IMG/VR virus record: IMGVR_UViG_3300045974_000806
Location: 1 to 64,000 of that record
DNA length: 64,000 nucleotides
Strand: one strand, 5' to 3'
Source: a virus
The position numbers were made by a program, and so were the translations under genes. Position 1 is the stretch's first letter; each line of letters opens with the position of its first letter. This document shows, piece after piece, positions 56,601-64,000 of the stretch. The notes beneath the pieces were generated by a model that saw nothing but the letters and a program-made list of their open reading frames with translations, did not search any database and had not been told where the DNA came from.

Positions 56601-56878
56601 TGCGCGGTGACCTGTTGGAGACGGTGCTGGACGATTCCGCGGCCCTGGGTGATTCCGGAAAGCTGCGCCGCCTGGAAGCCCGGTGGCGCCAGCGCGCGGC
56701 CATGATGGCCCAGGACGGGTCCCTGGTGACCTGCCACGCCTGGGAAGAGGCCGCGGACGCCGCCCTGGCCCGGGCCGTGGCGGTGGAGTCCCGCCTGGGC
56801 GGCCGGGTGGACTCCGCCCTGTCCTGGGAGCGTTGGTCTGAGGCCGCGGTGCTGCGCTTCCGCGGAGGTGAGCCATGA
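56600..56878 (+). CDS. Hypothetical protein
   Basis: AAGGAG RBS; TAATG coupling. Confidence 0.6.
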   Translation: MRGDLLETVLDDSAALGDSGKLRRLEARWRQRAAMMAQDGSLVTCHAWEEAADAALARAVAVESRLGGRVDSALSWERWSEAAVLRFRGGEP

Positions 56879-57108
56879 ACCCCTCCCACGCTGCCCAGGA
56901 TGCCCCCAGCGGGCTTCCGGAAGTCCTGGCCTTGCACTGCCCCACCTGCGCCCGTGCGCAGCGCCCTGCGCCCCTCATGCGCGCTGCAACGCTGCTGTGC
57001 CGGCGGACCTGCCCCGGCTGCCGGACCCGGTGGGTGCTGAAGGTGACCGTGATGCGGGTGACCGCCCTGGGCGCCATGCACCACCTTGAGTGGACCGTTG
57101 CCGCTTGA
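56875..57108 (+). CDS. Mu Com-like zinc-ribbon protein
   Basis: CPTC...L......CPGC. Confidence 0.5.
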   Translation: MNPSHAAQDAPSGLPEVLALHCPTCARAQRPAPLMRAATLLCRRTCPGCRTRWVLKVTVMRVTALGAMHHLEWTVAA

Positions 57109-57480
57109 AGATCACCGTGGGATAAGGCCGGCCCGGAGGTGGTGCTCTGGTACGGGCCGGCCTGACCGAGACTGAGGCGGAACTTCTCCGGCTACTCCAC
57201 CACGCCCGCGGGTGTGATGGGGTCCGGTGCTCTACCTGCGCCCGGATTGACCTGCGGCTGCAAGATGGCCTGCCCCACGCCACGGATGACCCCACCGCCC
57301 GCTTCTACGTGGTGGCCGCCGGCCTGGACCAACTGGTGCGCCATCTGGAAGGCGTCTACGGCATGATGGAGGGCGCCCTGCTGCCCCCAGGAACCCGCCG
57401 GGCCATGCACGTGGCCGTTGAGGGGACCCACCGCATCCTGAGCCTGCTGCGCCTGCCCGCGGGCAAGGAGGAGAACCCCC

Positions 57481-57756
57481 TTGACTCAAGCCCCCCAACG
57501 CCGCCCCCGGACCCCGTTGCAGACCGCCCAGCGCGAGGCGGCATCCCTCCGCCAGGAACTGGAAGACCTCCGGCTACGTTTCGCCATCCTGTCACGGGAC
57601 AAGTCATTGTCCGACGAGCGATTGTCCTCCACTTCAAAGGCCCTTGATCGCCTGGACGCGGAACTGGCCGCGGTGCGGGCTCAAAGCGCGGCCCTGATGC
57701 TTTGGGCCACCGGTGGAATCAAAGGCGCCAAGCAGGTCAACCGGGAGTCCGCTTGA
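57481..57756 (+). CDS. Coiled-coil hypothetical protein
   Basis: AAGGAGGAG RBS then TTG; heptad pattern. Confidence 0.55.
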   Translation: MTQAPQRRPRTPLQTAQREAASLRQELEDLRLRFAILSRDKSLSDERLSSTSKALDRLDAELAAVRAQSAALMLWATGGIKGAKQVNRESA

Positions 57757-57809
57757 AGTGACGCCGGAGGCCCAGCGGTGGCATGATTCGCGTGGAAAGG
57801 GGAAGACCC

Positions 57810-58421
57810 ATGCGGATGTTCCTGTTGGTGCTGTTCCTGGCGGTGGTGGGTGGCAACGCAAGCGCGCAAAGTGATGCGTCCGTTCCGGATGCCCAGGTGG
57901 TGATGGACGCCGCGGTGGTGAACGTGGTGCCGGACCTGACGGCCCAGGTGGCCATCCCGTTGCCTCCCCCTGGTGCGATTCCGGAAGCCTCCCCACAAGA
58001 GGTGCTGTCCCTGGTGCGCCTGTTCACCAACGCGGTGAAGCACAAGGACTACGCCCTGGCCGCGGCGTTTGCCCTCATGGTCCTGGCCTGGGGACTCCGG
58101 AAGATGTTCCCGCGCCTGCCCCCACAGTTCATCCCGCTGGTGACCCTGCTGCTGTCCAGCGTGCCCACCATTGTGGTGGTGCTGAAGAGCCCCACGGTGA
58201 CCTGGGATGAGGCGCTGACCACGCTCTTTGTGGTGTGGTTCATGAGCGCCGGCCAGTGGGAGAACGCGGTGAAGGCGGCCCGGGACGGCGTGCCGGTGGT
58301 GCTGGCGTGGCTGTCCAAGCTGGCCCCGAAGAAGGAAGCGCCGGCCCCGGTGGACGTCACCGCGGTGGTGCCCGCACCTGCGCCCCTGCCCGTTCCGGAA
58401 GACAAAACGCCCAAGGCGTGA
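57810..58421 (+). CDS. Holin-like multi-pass membrane protein with signal-like N-terminus
   Basis: N-terminal hydrophobic segment ending ASA-Q; three further TM segments; KMFPRLPPQFIPL loop. Confidence 0.5.
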   Translation: MRMFLLVLFLAVVGGNASAQSDASVPDAQVVMDAAVVNVVPDLTAQVAIPLPPPGAIPEASPQEVLSLVRLFTNAVKHKDYALAAAFALMVLAWGLRKMFPRLPPQFIPLVTLLLSSVPTIVVVLKSPTVTWDEALTTLFVVWFMSAGQWENAVKAARDGVPVVLAWLSKLAPKKEAPAPVDVTAVVPAPAPLPVPEDKTPKA

Positions 58422-58448
58422 GACGTTTTGGCCCCTGCCCACTACCTA
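58418..58448 (+). promoter_or_regulatory. Phage-specific promoter-like motif copy 3
   Basis: GTGAGACGTTT-tggcccctgcc-CACTACCTA, 21 nt before dcd. Confidence 0.8.
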
Positions 58449-58469
58449 TGGGAAAGGAGGCACAAAACC

Positions 58470-59042
58470 ATGCTGCTGAATGACTGCGAGATCGCGGCCC
58501 TGGCCGTTGAGCAAAAGATGATCACCCCGTTCTGCCCGGAGAACGTGTCCGAGAAGTACGGGAACAAGGTGGTGTCCTACGGCCTGTCATCCGCCGGCTA
58601 TGACATCCGGCTGGCGGATGAGTTCGCCGTGTTCAGCCCAGTCCGGGTGACGGGCGCGGTGGACGTGAAGGCGTTCAACACGGACGCCCTGGTGCGCTTC
58701 AACGCGGATGTTTGTGACATCCCCGCGCACAGCTACGTGCTGTGCCGCAGCCTGGAAACATTCCGGATGCCGGAGGACGTGGCCGCCACGTGCGTGGGCA
58801 AGTCCACCTACGCACGCGTGGGATTGATCGTGAACGTCACGCCGCTTGAGCCTGGGTGGGAAGGCAACCTGACGTTGGAGATCAGCAACAGCAGCCCGTG
58901 CCCCGTGCGCGTCTACGCCGGCGAGGGCATTGCCCAGTTGCTGTTCCACCGCCTGAGCGGCCGTCCGTCGGTCACGTACCGTGACAAGGGCGGCAAGTAC
59001 ATGGGCCAGCATGGCGTCACGCCCCCAAAGATGAAAGCCTGA
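58470..59042 (+). CDS. dcd: dCTP deaminase
   Basis: SYGLSSAGYDIRL, GKSTYARVG, NVTPLEPGWEGNLTLE, GIAQL, Y.DKGGKY.GQ.GVT. Confidence 0.96.
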   Translation: MLLNDCEIAALAVEQKMITPFCPENVSEKYGNKVVSYGLSSAGYDIRLADEFAVFSPVRVTGAVDVKAFNTDALVRFNADVCDIPAHSYVLCRSLETFRMPEDVAATCVGKSTYARVGLIVNVTPLEPGWEGNLTLEISNSSPCPVRVYAGEGIAQLLFHRLSGRPSVTYRDKGGKYMGQHGVTPPKMKA

Positions 59043-59046
59043 GCCC

Positions 59047-59268
59047 ATGGCGGACCCGCTCCGGAATCCTGGCCGCGGGGACGTGGTGGAATTGACGGAT
59101 GGGAGCATGCGCGTGGTCCTGCGTGCGGATGAGGTGGCCATCACGTTCTGGGACCTTCCGGCCCAGCGCGTGTGGACCACATCCATGAAGGGCTGGCGCC
59201 AGCGGGCCAAGGGCGGCCGGGTCATCCTGGGCGCGGAGAGAGACAGCTACCAGCACCTGTTGGAGTGA
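59047..59268 (+). CDS. Hypothetical protein
   Basis: DP..NP..GDVV motif. Confidence 0.6.
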   Translation: MADPLRNPGRGDVVELTDGSMRVVLRADEVAITFWDLPAQRVWTTSMKGWRQRAKGGRVILGAERDSYQHLLE

Positions 59269-59272
59269 AGCC

Positions 59273-59431
59273 ATGGAAGACCCGCGGTGGCTGCAATGGG
59301 TGTGGCGCGTGCTCCGGCGCGTGGACATCCACGTGGACTTCATCACCACGGAAGAAGCGGCCCAGGAACTGCTGGGGCGCGAGGTTCGGTTCATCTGGCG
59401 GCCGGTGATCCACACCGGCGAGGAGGAGTGA
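59273..59431 (+). CDS. Small hypothetical protein (52 aa, not in ORF track)
   Basis: GGAG RBS; MEDPRWLQWVWRVLRRVDIHVDFITTEEAAQELLGREVRFIWRPVIHTGEEE fills the gap exactly. Confidence 0.6.
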   Translation: MEDPRWLQWVWRVLRRVDIHVDFITTEEAAQELLGREVRFIWRPVIHTGEEE

Positions 59432-59433
59432 CC

Positions 59434-60069
59434 ATGTATGTGGCTGTTGAGGGAATCATTGGAGCAGGCAAGAGCACCCTGGCCCAGCATCTGGCCAAAC
59501 GCATGGACTGGCGCATGCTGGCGGAACCCATCGACGGGAACCCGCTGCTGGGCAAGTTCTACGAGGACAGCGCGCGGTGGGCGTTCACCATGCAGATCCG
59601 GATGCTGCATGACCGCTACCGACTCCAACAGGTGGCCGCGCATGACCACCAACCGTGCGTGCTGGACCGGTCCCTCCCAGGTGACCGCGTGTTCGCCAAG
59701 CTGCAAGTGGACTACGGCAACATGCACCCCTTGGAGTGGGAAACCTACGAACGCTGCTACTACGCCATGAGCGCCATCCGCCCGCCCATGGTGATGGTCT
59801 ACCTGCGCGTGAACCCCGACGTGGCCATGCAGCGGATGGTGACCCGCGCGCGGGACGTGGAGCGGCACTTGCCGGTGGAGTACCTGCGGGACCTCGCGCG
59901 TGGGTATGACGACCTGATTGCCCAGATTGAATCCGGAAAGCACGCCTGGGGCCGCGGCATCTCTGTGCTCACGGTGAACTGGGACAAGCAGATCACCGGA
60001 CGTGACTACGTGGACACGCTGGACGCCCTGGTGCCGCAACTCACCGCGGCCATGGAGGGGCGTGTCTGA
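59434..60069 (+). CDS. Deoxynucleoside kinase (dNK family)
   Basis: VAVEGIIGAGKST, EP, LDRS...D..F, R.R.VE. Confidence 0.93.
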   Translation: MYVAVEGIIGAGKSTLAQHLAKRMDWRMLAEPIDGNPLLGKFYEDSARWAFTMQIRMLHDRYRLQQVAAHDHQPCVLDRSLPGDRVFAKLQVDYGNMHPLEWETYERCYYAMSAIRPPMVMVYLRVNPDVAMQRMVTRARDVERHLPVEYLRDLARGYDDLIAQIESGKHAWGRGISVLTVNWDKQITGRDYVDTLDALVPQLTAAMEGRV

Positions 60070-60395
60070 TGCCGGCGGCCCCGCACCTGCGTTCCAGCAC
60101 GGCCAGGCAACTGCGCACGTCATGGCAGTTGCTGGCCCTGATAGCGGAGCGCCCGCGGACGGAGACGGAACTGGCCAAGCACCTGGGGGTGCCCCGCACC
60201 CTGGTGTGGCGCCACGTCCAGGCCATGCGCCAAGCCGGCATGCCCTTGGAAGCCGTGCCGGACCCCGCCTGGGGAGGAAAGCGCCGGCTGTGGCGCCTGT
60301 CCGGAATCATTCCCTGGCGGGTTCCGGAACGCGGCCTGGACCCGGAGATCAAGCCTGATCCGGCCGAGTGCTTTTTGTCTTGCCTTCCGGAATGA
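60069..60395 (+). CDS. HTH (BirA/DeoR-like) protein
   Basis: TETELAKHLGV.RT.VWRHVQAMRQAG. Confidence 0.7.
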   Translation: MPAAPHLRSSTARQLRTSWQLLALIAERPRTETELAKHLGVPRTLVWRHVQAMRQAGMPLEAVPDPAWGGKRRLWRLSGIIPWRVPERGLDPEIKPDPAECFLSCLPE

Positions 60396-60409
60396 AGCCG
60401 GACTAGGGT
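60368..60409 (+). promoter_or_regulatory. Early-type promoter repeat copy 2
   Basis: GTGCTTTTTGTCTTGCCTTCCGGAA; TTGCCT-N18-TAGGGT; same ACGGAGCCACC RBS as copy 1. Confidence 0.6.
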
Positions 60410-60450
60410 TCCGGGTTGCCGGAAGGACCGGCCACAAAAACGGAGCCACC

Positions 60451-60813
60451 ATGACCACCGCCACGTTCGTCCCCTCCTGCTTCTTCCTGCGCTCTGACGT
60501 CGTTGTCATCGGTTCCAACCCGGAAAGCGCGGACATGGACAACCCGCGCGGGAGCCTGTTTGGCTACGCGGTCTACGTGGTGGCGGAAGCGTCCAACGGG
60601 GAGCGCATGGCGCATGACCACACGTTCACGGCCAGCCGAGAGAAGGATGCCCTGGCCCGCGGGGAGGCCCTGCTGGCCCGCATCCAGGCCGCGGTCTTTG
60701 GTCACGGCCGAGACATTGACCCCGCGTGCTGGACGCCGTGTGAAGCGGCCTACGGCTCCAACGCCTACGTGGCGGAGGTGGCCATGATGAGCCGGGAAGA
60801 GCGCGCCCAATGA
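60451..60813 (+). CDS. Hypothetical early protein
   Basis: GGAG RBS; C-terminal W....AYGS.AY. Confidence 0.7.
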   Translation: MTTATFVPSCFFLRSDVVVIGSNPESADMDNPRGSLFGYAVYVVAEASNGERMAHDHTFTASREKDALARGEALLARIQAAVFGHGRDIDPACWTPCEAAYGSNAYVAEVAMMSREERAQ

Positions 60814-60886
60814 CCTGAGCGGCCGGCATAGCAGGACGGGAGAAGGGCGCCGACTGGGGCGCCCGGACCCGTTGAGGAGGTGCCCT

Positions 60887-61336
60887 GTGAAGCGCGCCAG
60901 TTACCGTGAAGGAATCGAGTGCATTGCCCTGAACGATGAGCCCACCAGCCTGGAAGTGGAGGACATGGAGGCCATGGCGTCCGTGATGCTCCAAGCGGTC
61001 CTGTTCGGCGTCACGCAAGAGCGCGTGGCCAAGGACGTGGTGCGCTTCCGGAAGAAGCTGGCCAAGGCGGAGGCGCGCTTGAGCAAGCTGCACAAGATCC
61101 CCACGCCGGTGGTGAGCGGCCCCTGGGTGCTGGTGCATGCCGTGGGCAAGGCGCCCGTGTTCGTGGGGGAGCAAGTGGCCAGCCGGGCCGGCTTTCCGGA
61201 CACGGTGCTGGGCGGCACCCCACCGCAGCACCCCGCCAGCACCGGCCGCGTGGCCGTGAAGCACGCCGGCGAGTTCTTCCCCAGCGTGTTTGGGATGACC
61301 TGGGTGCGCAGGGGTGAGGGCACCTCCCATGGGTGA
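60887..61336 (+). CDS. Hypothetical protein
   Basis: GAGGAGG RBS then GTG; GGTPPQHPASTGRV...EFFPSVFG. Confidence 0.65.
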   Translation: MKRASYREGIECIALNDEPTSLEVEDMEAMASVMLQAVLFGVTQERVAKDVVRFRKKLAKAEARLSKLHKIPTPVVSGPWVLVHAVGKAPVFVGEQVASRAGFPDTVLGGTPPQHPASTGRVAVKHAGEFFPSVFGMTWVRRGEGTSHG

Positions 61337-61607
61337 CGCCTGCAAGCACATTGGCCAGTGGCGCATGTACAAGGACACGGAGGGCTCCACGGTGACCCGC
61401 CGCGTCCTGTGCCTGGACTGCGGCGCCTGTCTGTACCGGGAGGACTGGCCGCTGGCGGACGTGGAGGAACACGTGGCCCAGGTGAAGCGGGCCGCCAAGG
61501 CCGCCATTGCCGCCGCCCGCGGCCCCCTCCGCACCTGCATCCACTGCAAGCGCGCCTTGGATGCGGCCGGGGAATGCAGGGATTGCCCAGCACGCCGCCG
61601 GCGGTGA
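61329..61607 (+). CDS. Cys-rich hypothetical protein
   Basis: CLDC, CIHC, CRDC. Confidence 0.6.
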   Translation: MGDACKHIGQWRMYKDTEGSTVTRRVLCLDCGACLYREDWPLADVEEHVAQVKRAAKAAIAAARGPLRTCIHCKRALDAAGECRDCPARRRR

Positions 61608-61634
61608 GACGTTTCAGGCCCAGAACACTACCTA
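61604..61634 (+). promoter_or_regulatory. Phage-specific promoter-like motif copy 4
   Basis: GTGAGACGTTT-caggcccagaa-CACTACCTA, 21 nt before ATG 61656. Confidence 0.8.
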
Positions 61635-61655
61635 CAGAAGAGAAGGGAGAAACAG

Positions 61656-62318
61656 ATGAACCCAACGGAGGCTTTCATGATGCCAGGAACCTGTGACGGA
61701 TGCGGCGAGTCCCTGTGCCCCACCCACCACGTTTGCCATGCGTGTTCGGAAGGGGAGGCCAGTTTCACCCCGGACAAGCCCATCACGGAGCAGGTGGAGG
61801 AGTTCTCCAAGCTGGTGGTGGCCGCCCAACGGGTCCACGCGTCCCTGACCAGCACGCCGGAGGTGAATTGGCAGGCGTTCATCCCTGGTGGCCCCGCGCT
61901 GCACAAGGCGTGGCGCGCGGACATCACCAAGCTGGCCGGCACCCTGAACCGCGCCATCCGTGACGGCGCCCCGGGTGAGACGGGCACGCGCGTCCTGACC
62001 GTGGCCCTGTCCCTCACGGAACTGAACCTGTCCGCCAAGCAGGTCACGCTGAACGGCAAGCCGGTGGTGGGCGTGCGCATCCGCGGACCCATCCGCGCGG
62101 TGGAGTACGTCATCCTGGCCGTGGTGGCCGCACAACAGACGGCACCGCGCTCCAAGTACCTCCAACGCGTCCTGGGCGCCCTGATGCGGCTCTACGTGAA
62201 TGGCGCAGGCCAGGACATCTACCCACCCATGAAGCCGCACCTGATGCACGCCCAAGCGTTTCCGGAAGGCACCGCGGAACTGCACATGCGCGCTGGTGAC
62301 CCGGAAGGGGAGGGGTGA
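61656..62318 (+). CDS. Hypothetical protein with N-terminal Cys knuckles
   Basis: GGAG RBS; CDGC...CHAC. Confidence 0.65.
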   Translation: MNPTEAFMMPGTCDGCGESLCPTHHVCHACSEGEASFTPDKPITEQVEEFSKLVVAAQRVHASLTSTPEVNWQAFIPGGPALHKAWRADITKLAGTLNRAIRDGAPGETGTRVLTVALSLTELNLSAKQVTLNGKPVVGVRIRGPIRAVEYVILAVVAAQQTAPRSKYLQRVLGALMRLYVNGAGQDIYPPMKPHLMHAQAFPEGTAELHMRAGDPEGEG

Positions 62319-62322
62319 GCCC

Positions 62323-62538
62323 ATGGTGATGCCGCGTGAGACGGTGAAGGGCGGAGCGCCGGCAACGTGCCCGGAGTGCAACCGCACCGTGGTTCCGGAA
62401 GTGCTCCACAGCCCGGCCGGCTACTACGTGGGGACCATGTGCGGGTGCGGCCCGTACAGCCGGGAGTCCACCTATTTCGCCACGGAGCCGGCCGCGGCCC
62501 AGGCCCAGGCCCTGGCCAGCGGGAGGTATGGACGATGA
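62323..62538 (+). CDS. Hypothetical zinc-binding protein
   Basis: CPEC...VLHSPAGYYVGT.C.CGPYSRES.YF. Confidence 0.65.
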   Translation: MVMPRETVKGGAPATCPECNRTVVPEVLHSPAGYYVGTMCGCGPYSRESTYFATEPAAAQAQALASGRYGR

Positions 62539-62801
62539 TCACCCGGGAGCGGCTACGCCAGATGACCGCGGACTTGGACAGCGTTGGGTTCTTCCGGAAC
62601 GAGACAACGGAGGAACTACGCGCGCTGGTGTCGAGCGTCGAGTTCGCCAAGGACGTGGCGGAGCAGGACTGCAACTATGGGGACGGATGCCACGGCACGC
62701 ACTCCCCGCGGAGCACGCCGGCACGCCACGGCCGTTGCACCGCATGCGCCGCGCGGCTGGCCCTGGGCCTGCCGGCGTCCGCGGAAGGTGTCTACCCATG
62801 A
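62535..62801 (+). CDS. Hypothetical protein
   Basis: ATGA coupling at both ends. Confidence 0.6.
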   Translation: MITRERLRQMTADLDSVGFFRNETTEELRALVSSVEFAKDVAEQDCNYGDGCHGTHSPRSTPARHGRCTACAARLALGLPASAEGVYP

Positions 62802-63160
62802 CCATGGCCCAGGAAAGCTACGTTGAGCGCCCGTTCGTCATCCAGCACGTGGACCACCCCGGTGACTACGTGTTGTTCTGGAAGGGCAACCGCGCCGGCT
62901 ACACGGTGAACTTGGATGAGGCCGGCCGCTACACGGAAGAGGAAGCGCGCAACATTGTGATGGGCCGTCCGGAAGTGGACGTGGCGCTGATGTTCAAGGA
63001 CGTGGAGGCGGAAGTCCGGCGCGTGGTGCTGCGGGACCGGGCCTACTTCCTGACCAAGGTCTACGTGCCCAAGAACATCCACCCGCACACCGTGGTGGTG
63101 TCCCGCCGCGGTGGGCCGGATGACCTGTTCACCAACATCACCGTCGGAGGCAAGCCATGA
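62798..63160 (+). CDS. Hypothetical protein
   Basis: FW....GYT.NLDEAGRYTEEEA motif common in phage accessory genes. Confidence 0.65.
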   Translation: MTMAQESYVERPFVIQHVDHPGDYVLFWKGNRAGYTVNLDEAGRYTEEEARNIVMGRPEVDVALMFKDVEAEVRRVVLRDRAYFLTKVYVPKNIHPHTVVVSRRGGPDDLFTNITVGGKP

Positions 63161-63621
63161 GTGGATGGATGTTGCCATGTGGCCAGTGCATGGCCTGCAA
63201 GACTTCCGGAAGCGCCGCGTGCGAACGGCCGCTGAACTATGAGCCCAACGCCATCAAGTGGCGCCCAGGTGACCGCGTGCTGCATGACGCGGACGCCAAG
63301 AACGCAGGCATGTTGATGCGCGTCCTGGCCAGGAACCGCAACGGCATGGTGCGCACGGAATACCTCGACCCCGTGTTGCAGAAGCGGTGGGGCAAGGGCC
63401 GGCGCTCCACGCTGATCAACCCGTTGGAGGCGCTGCATGATCCGGAACGGTTCGGCGTGTTCGAGGACCGCGCCCACGCTGCATGGCACCGGGAGAAGGC
63501 CGCCCAGTTGCGCGTGGCCATGGAGGAATCCACCGCGCTGCTGGACCGCGGACAGGTGACCCAGGCCGTCAAGGTGTTGGAGCGTTCCGGAGTCATGCAT
63601 TGCCCCCAGTGTGAGTGCTGA
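63157..63621 (+). CDS. Hypothetical protein
   Basis: YEPN..KW..GD.V.HDADAK...MLM.V motif. Confidence 0.65.
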   Translation: MSGWMLPCGQCMACKTSGSAACERPLNYEPNAIKWRPGDRVLHDADAKNAGMLMRVLARNRNGMVRTEYLDPVLQKRWGKGRRSTLINPLEALHDPERFGVFEDRAHAAWHREKAAQLRVAMEESTALLDRGQVTQAVKVLERSGVMHCPQCEC

Positions 63622-63643
63622 CCAACCAAAGGAGAGGAAGCCT

Positions 63644-64000
63644 ATGCATGCTCATTCAGAGGTTGTGCGCTTGAGTGAAGAACTGTCCAAGTATTTTTCA
63701 GAGATGCCTCTGCTGCCCCATCGCACGGGCTACACGCTGCACTCATACGGCGTGGCAGCCAATGGTGTTCCCTGGTGGCTGCTGCTCCACAACCGGGGAA
63801 AGTTTTTGCTGCGCCTTGACGGGGATGCCGCGGTGGAATGCTTTGATGACTTTGCAGCGGAAGGTGGGGCTGCGATTGAGCATATTGAGGACGTGCGCCT
63901 GGAAGCCGCGGAGACGGTCATTCGTCGGTTATACGCGCTGCGGTTTGCCATTGAAGAGTTGATGCCAGAAGCACGCCGGCGAGTGCTCCACAAGGGGAAG
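63644..64000 (+). CDS. Hypothetical protein, truncated by window end
   Basis: GGAGAGG RBS; frame MHAHSEVVRLSEELSKYF... open to 64000. Confidence 0.55.
   Translation, partial: MHAHSEVVRLSEELSKYFSEMPLLPHRTGYTLHSYGVAANGVPWWLLLHNRGKFLLRLDGDAAVECFDDFAAEGGAAIEHIEDVRLEAAETVIRRLYALRFAIEELMPEARRRVLHKGK

Noticed and set aside
57123-57125. Stop-codon reassignment
   Set aside because: All conserved genes are intact under code 11, and TAA, TAG and TGA all serve as real gene ends.
1-64000. tRNA/rRNA genes, integrase, or named anti-CRISPR/anti-defence genes
   Set aside because: No cloverleaf or recombinase motifs were recognised, and the small early ORFs cannot be assigned by eye.
1-64000. CCGCGG and GCCGGC abundance as additional iterated palindromes
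   Set aside because: About 90 copies of an all-GC hexamer are expected by chance at this composition and they fit Ala/Gly codon usage, so any excess needs a computed test.

Overview
The window is a 64-kb internal piece of a high-GC (about two-thirds G+C by eye) contractile-tailed dsDNA phage (myovirus) genome. Essentially all genes are on the + strand and tightly coupled by ATGA/GTGA/TGATG overlaps. 1-29.1 kb is a SPO1/Twort-like virion module: neck and tail completion proteins, sheath, tube, an HNH insertion, a tail chaperone pair with a +1 slip site, tape measure, baseplate and fibres. 29.1-30.0 kb holds a winged-helix initiator-like gene and an iteron/palindrome cluster that looks like an origin. 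30-51 kb is a replication/recombination module: SF2 helicase, Hfq-like protein, DnaB/gp41 helicase, primase, sigma-like factor, H1-like/DUF2924 protein, PolA, UvsY-like protein, gp32-like SSB with Q/P/M-rich tails, RecA, SbcD/SbcC, two more HNHs, RuvC, beta-clamp and CHAP endolysin. 51-64 kb is accessory, nucleotide-metabolism and early genes. The most striking signal is not a gene: the palindrome TTCCGGAA occurs about 90 times by manual count (under 1 expected from base composition), in all three reading frames. CTSSAG and SAGCTS sites appear to be purged, which points to a myxobacterial host (inference). Protein assignments are from motif recognition only; no database searches were run.
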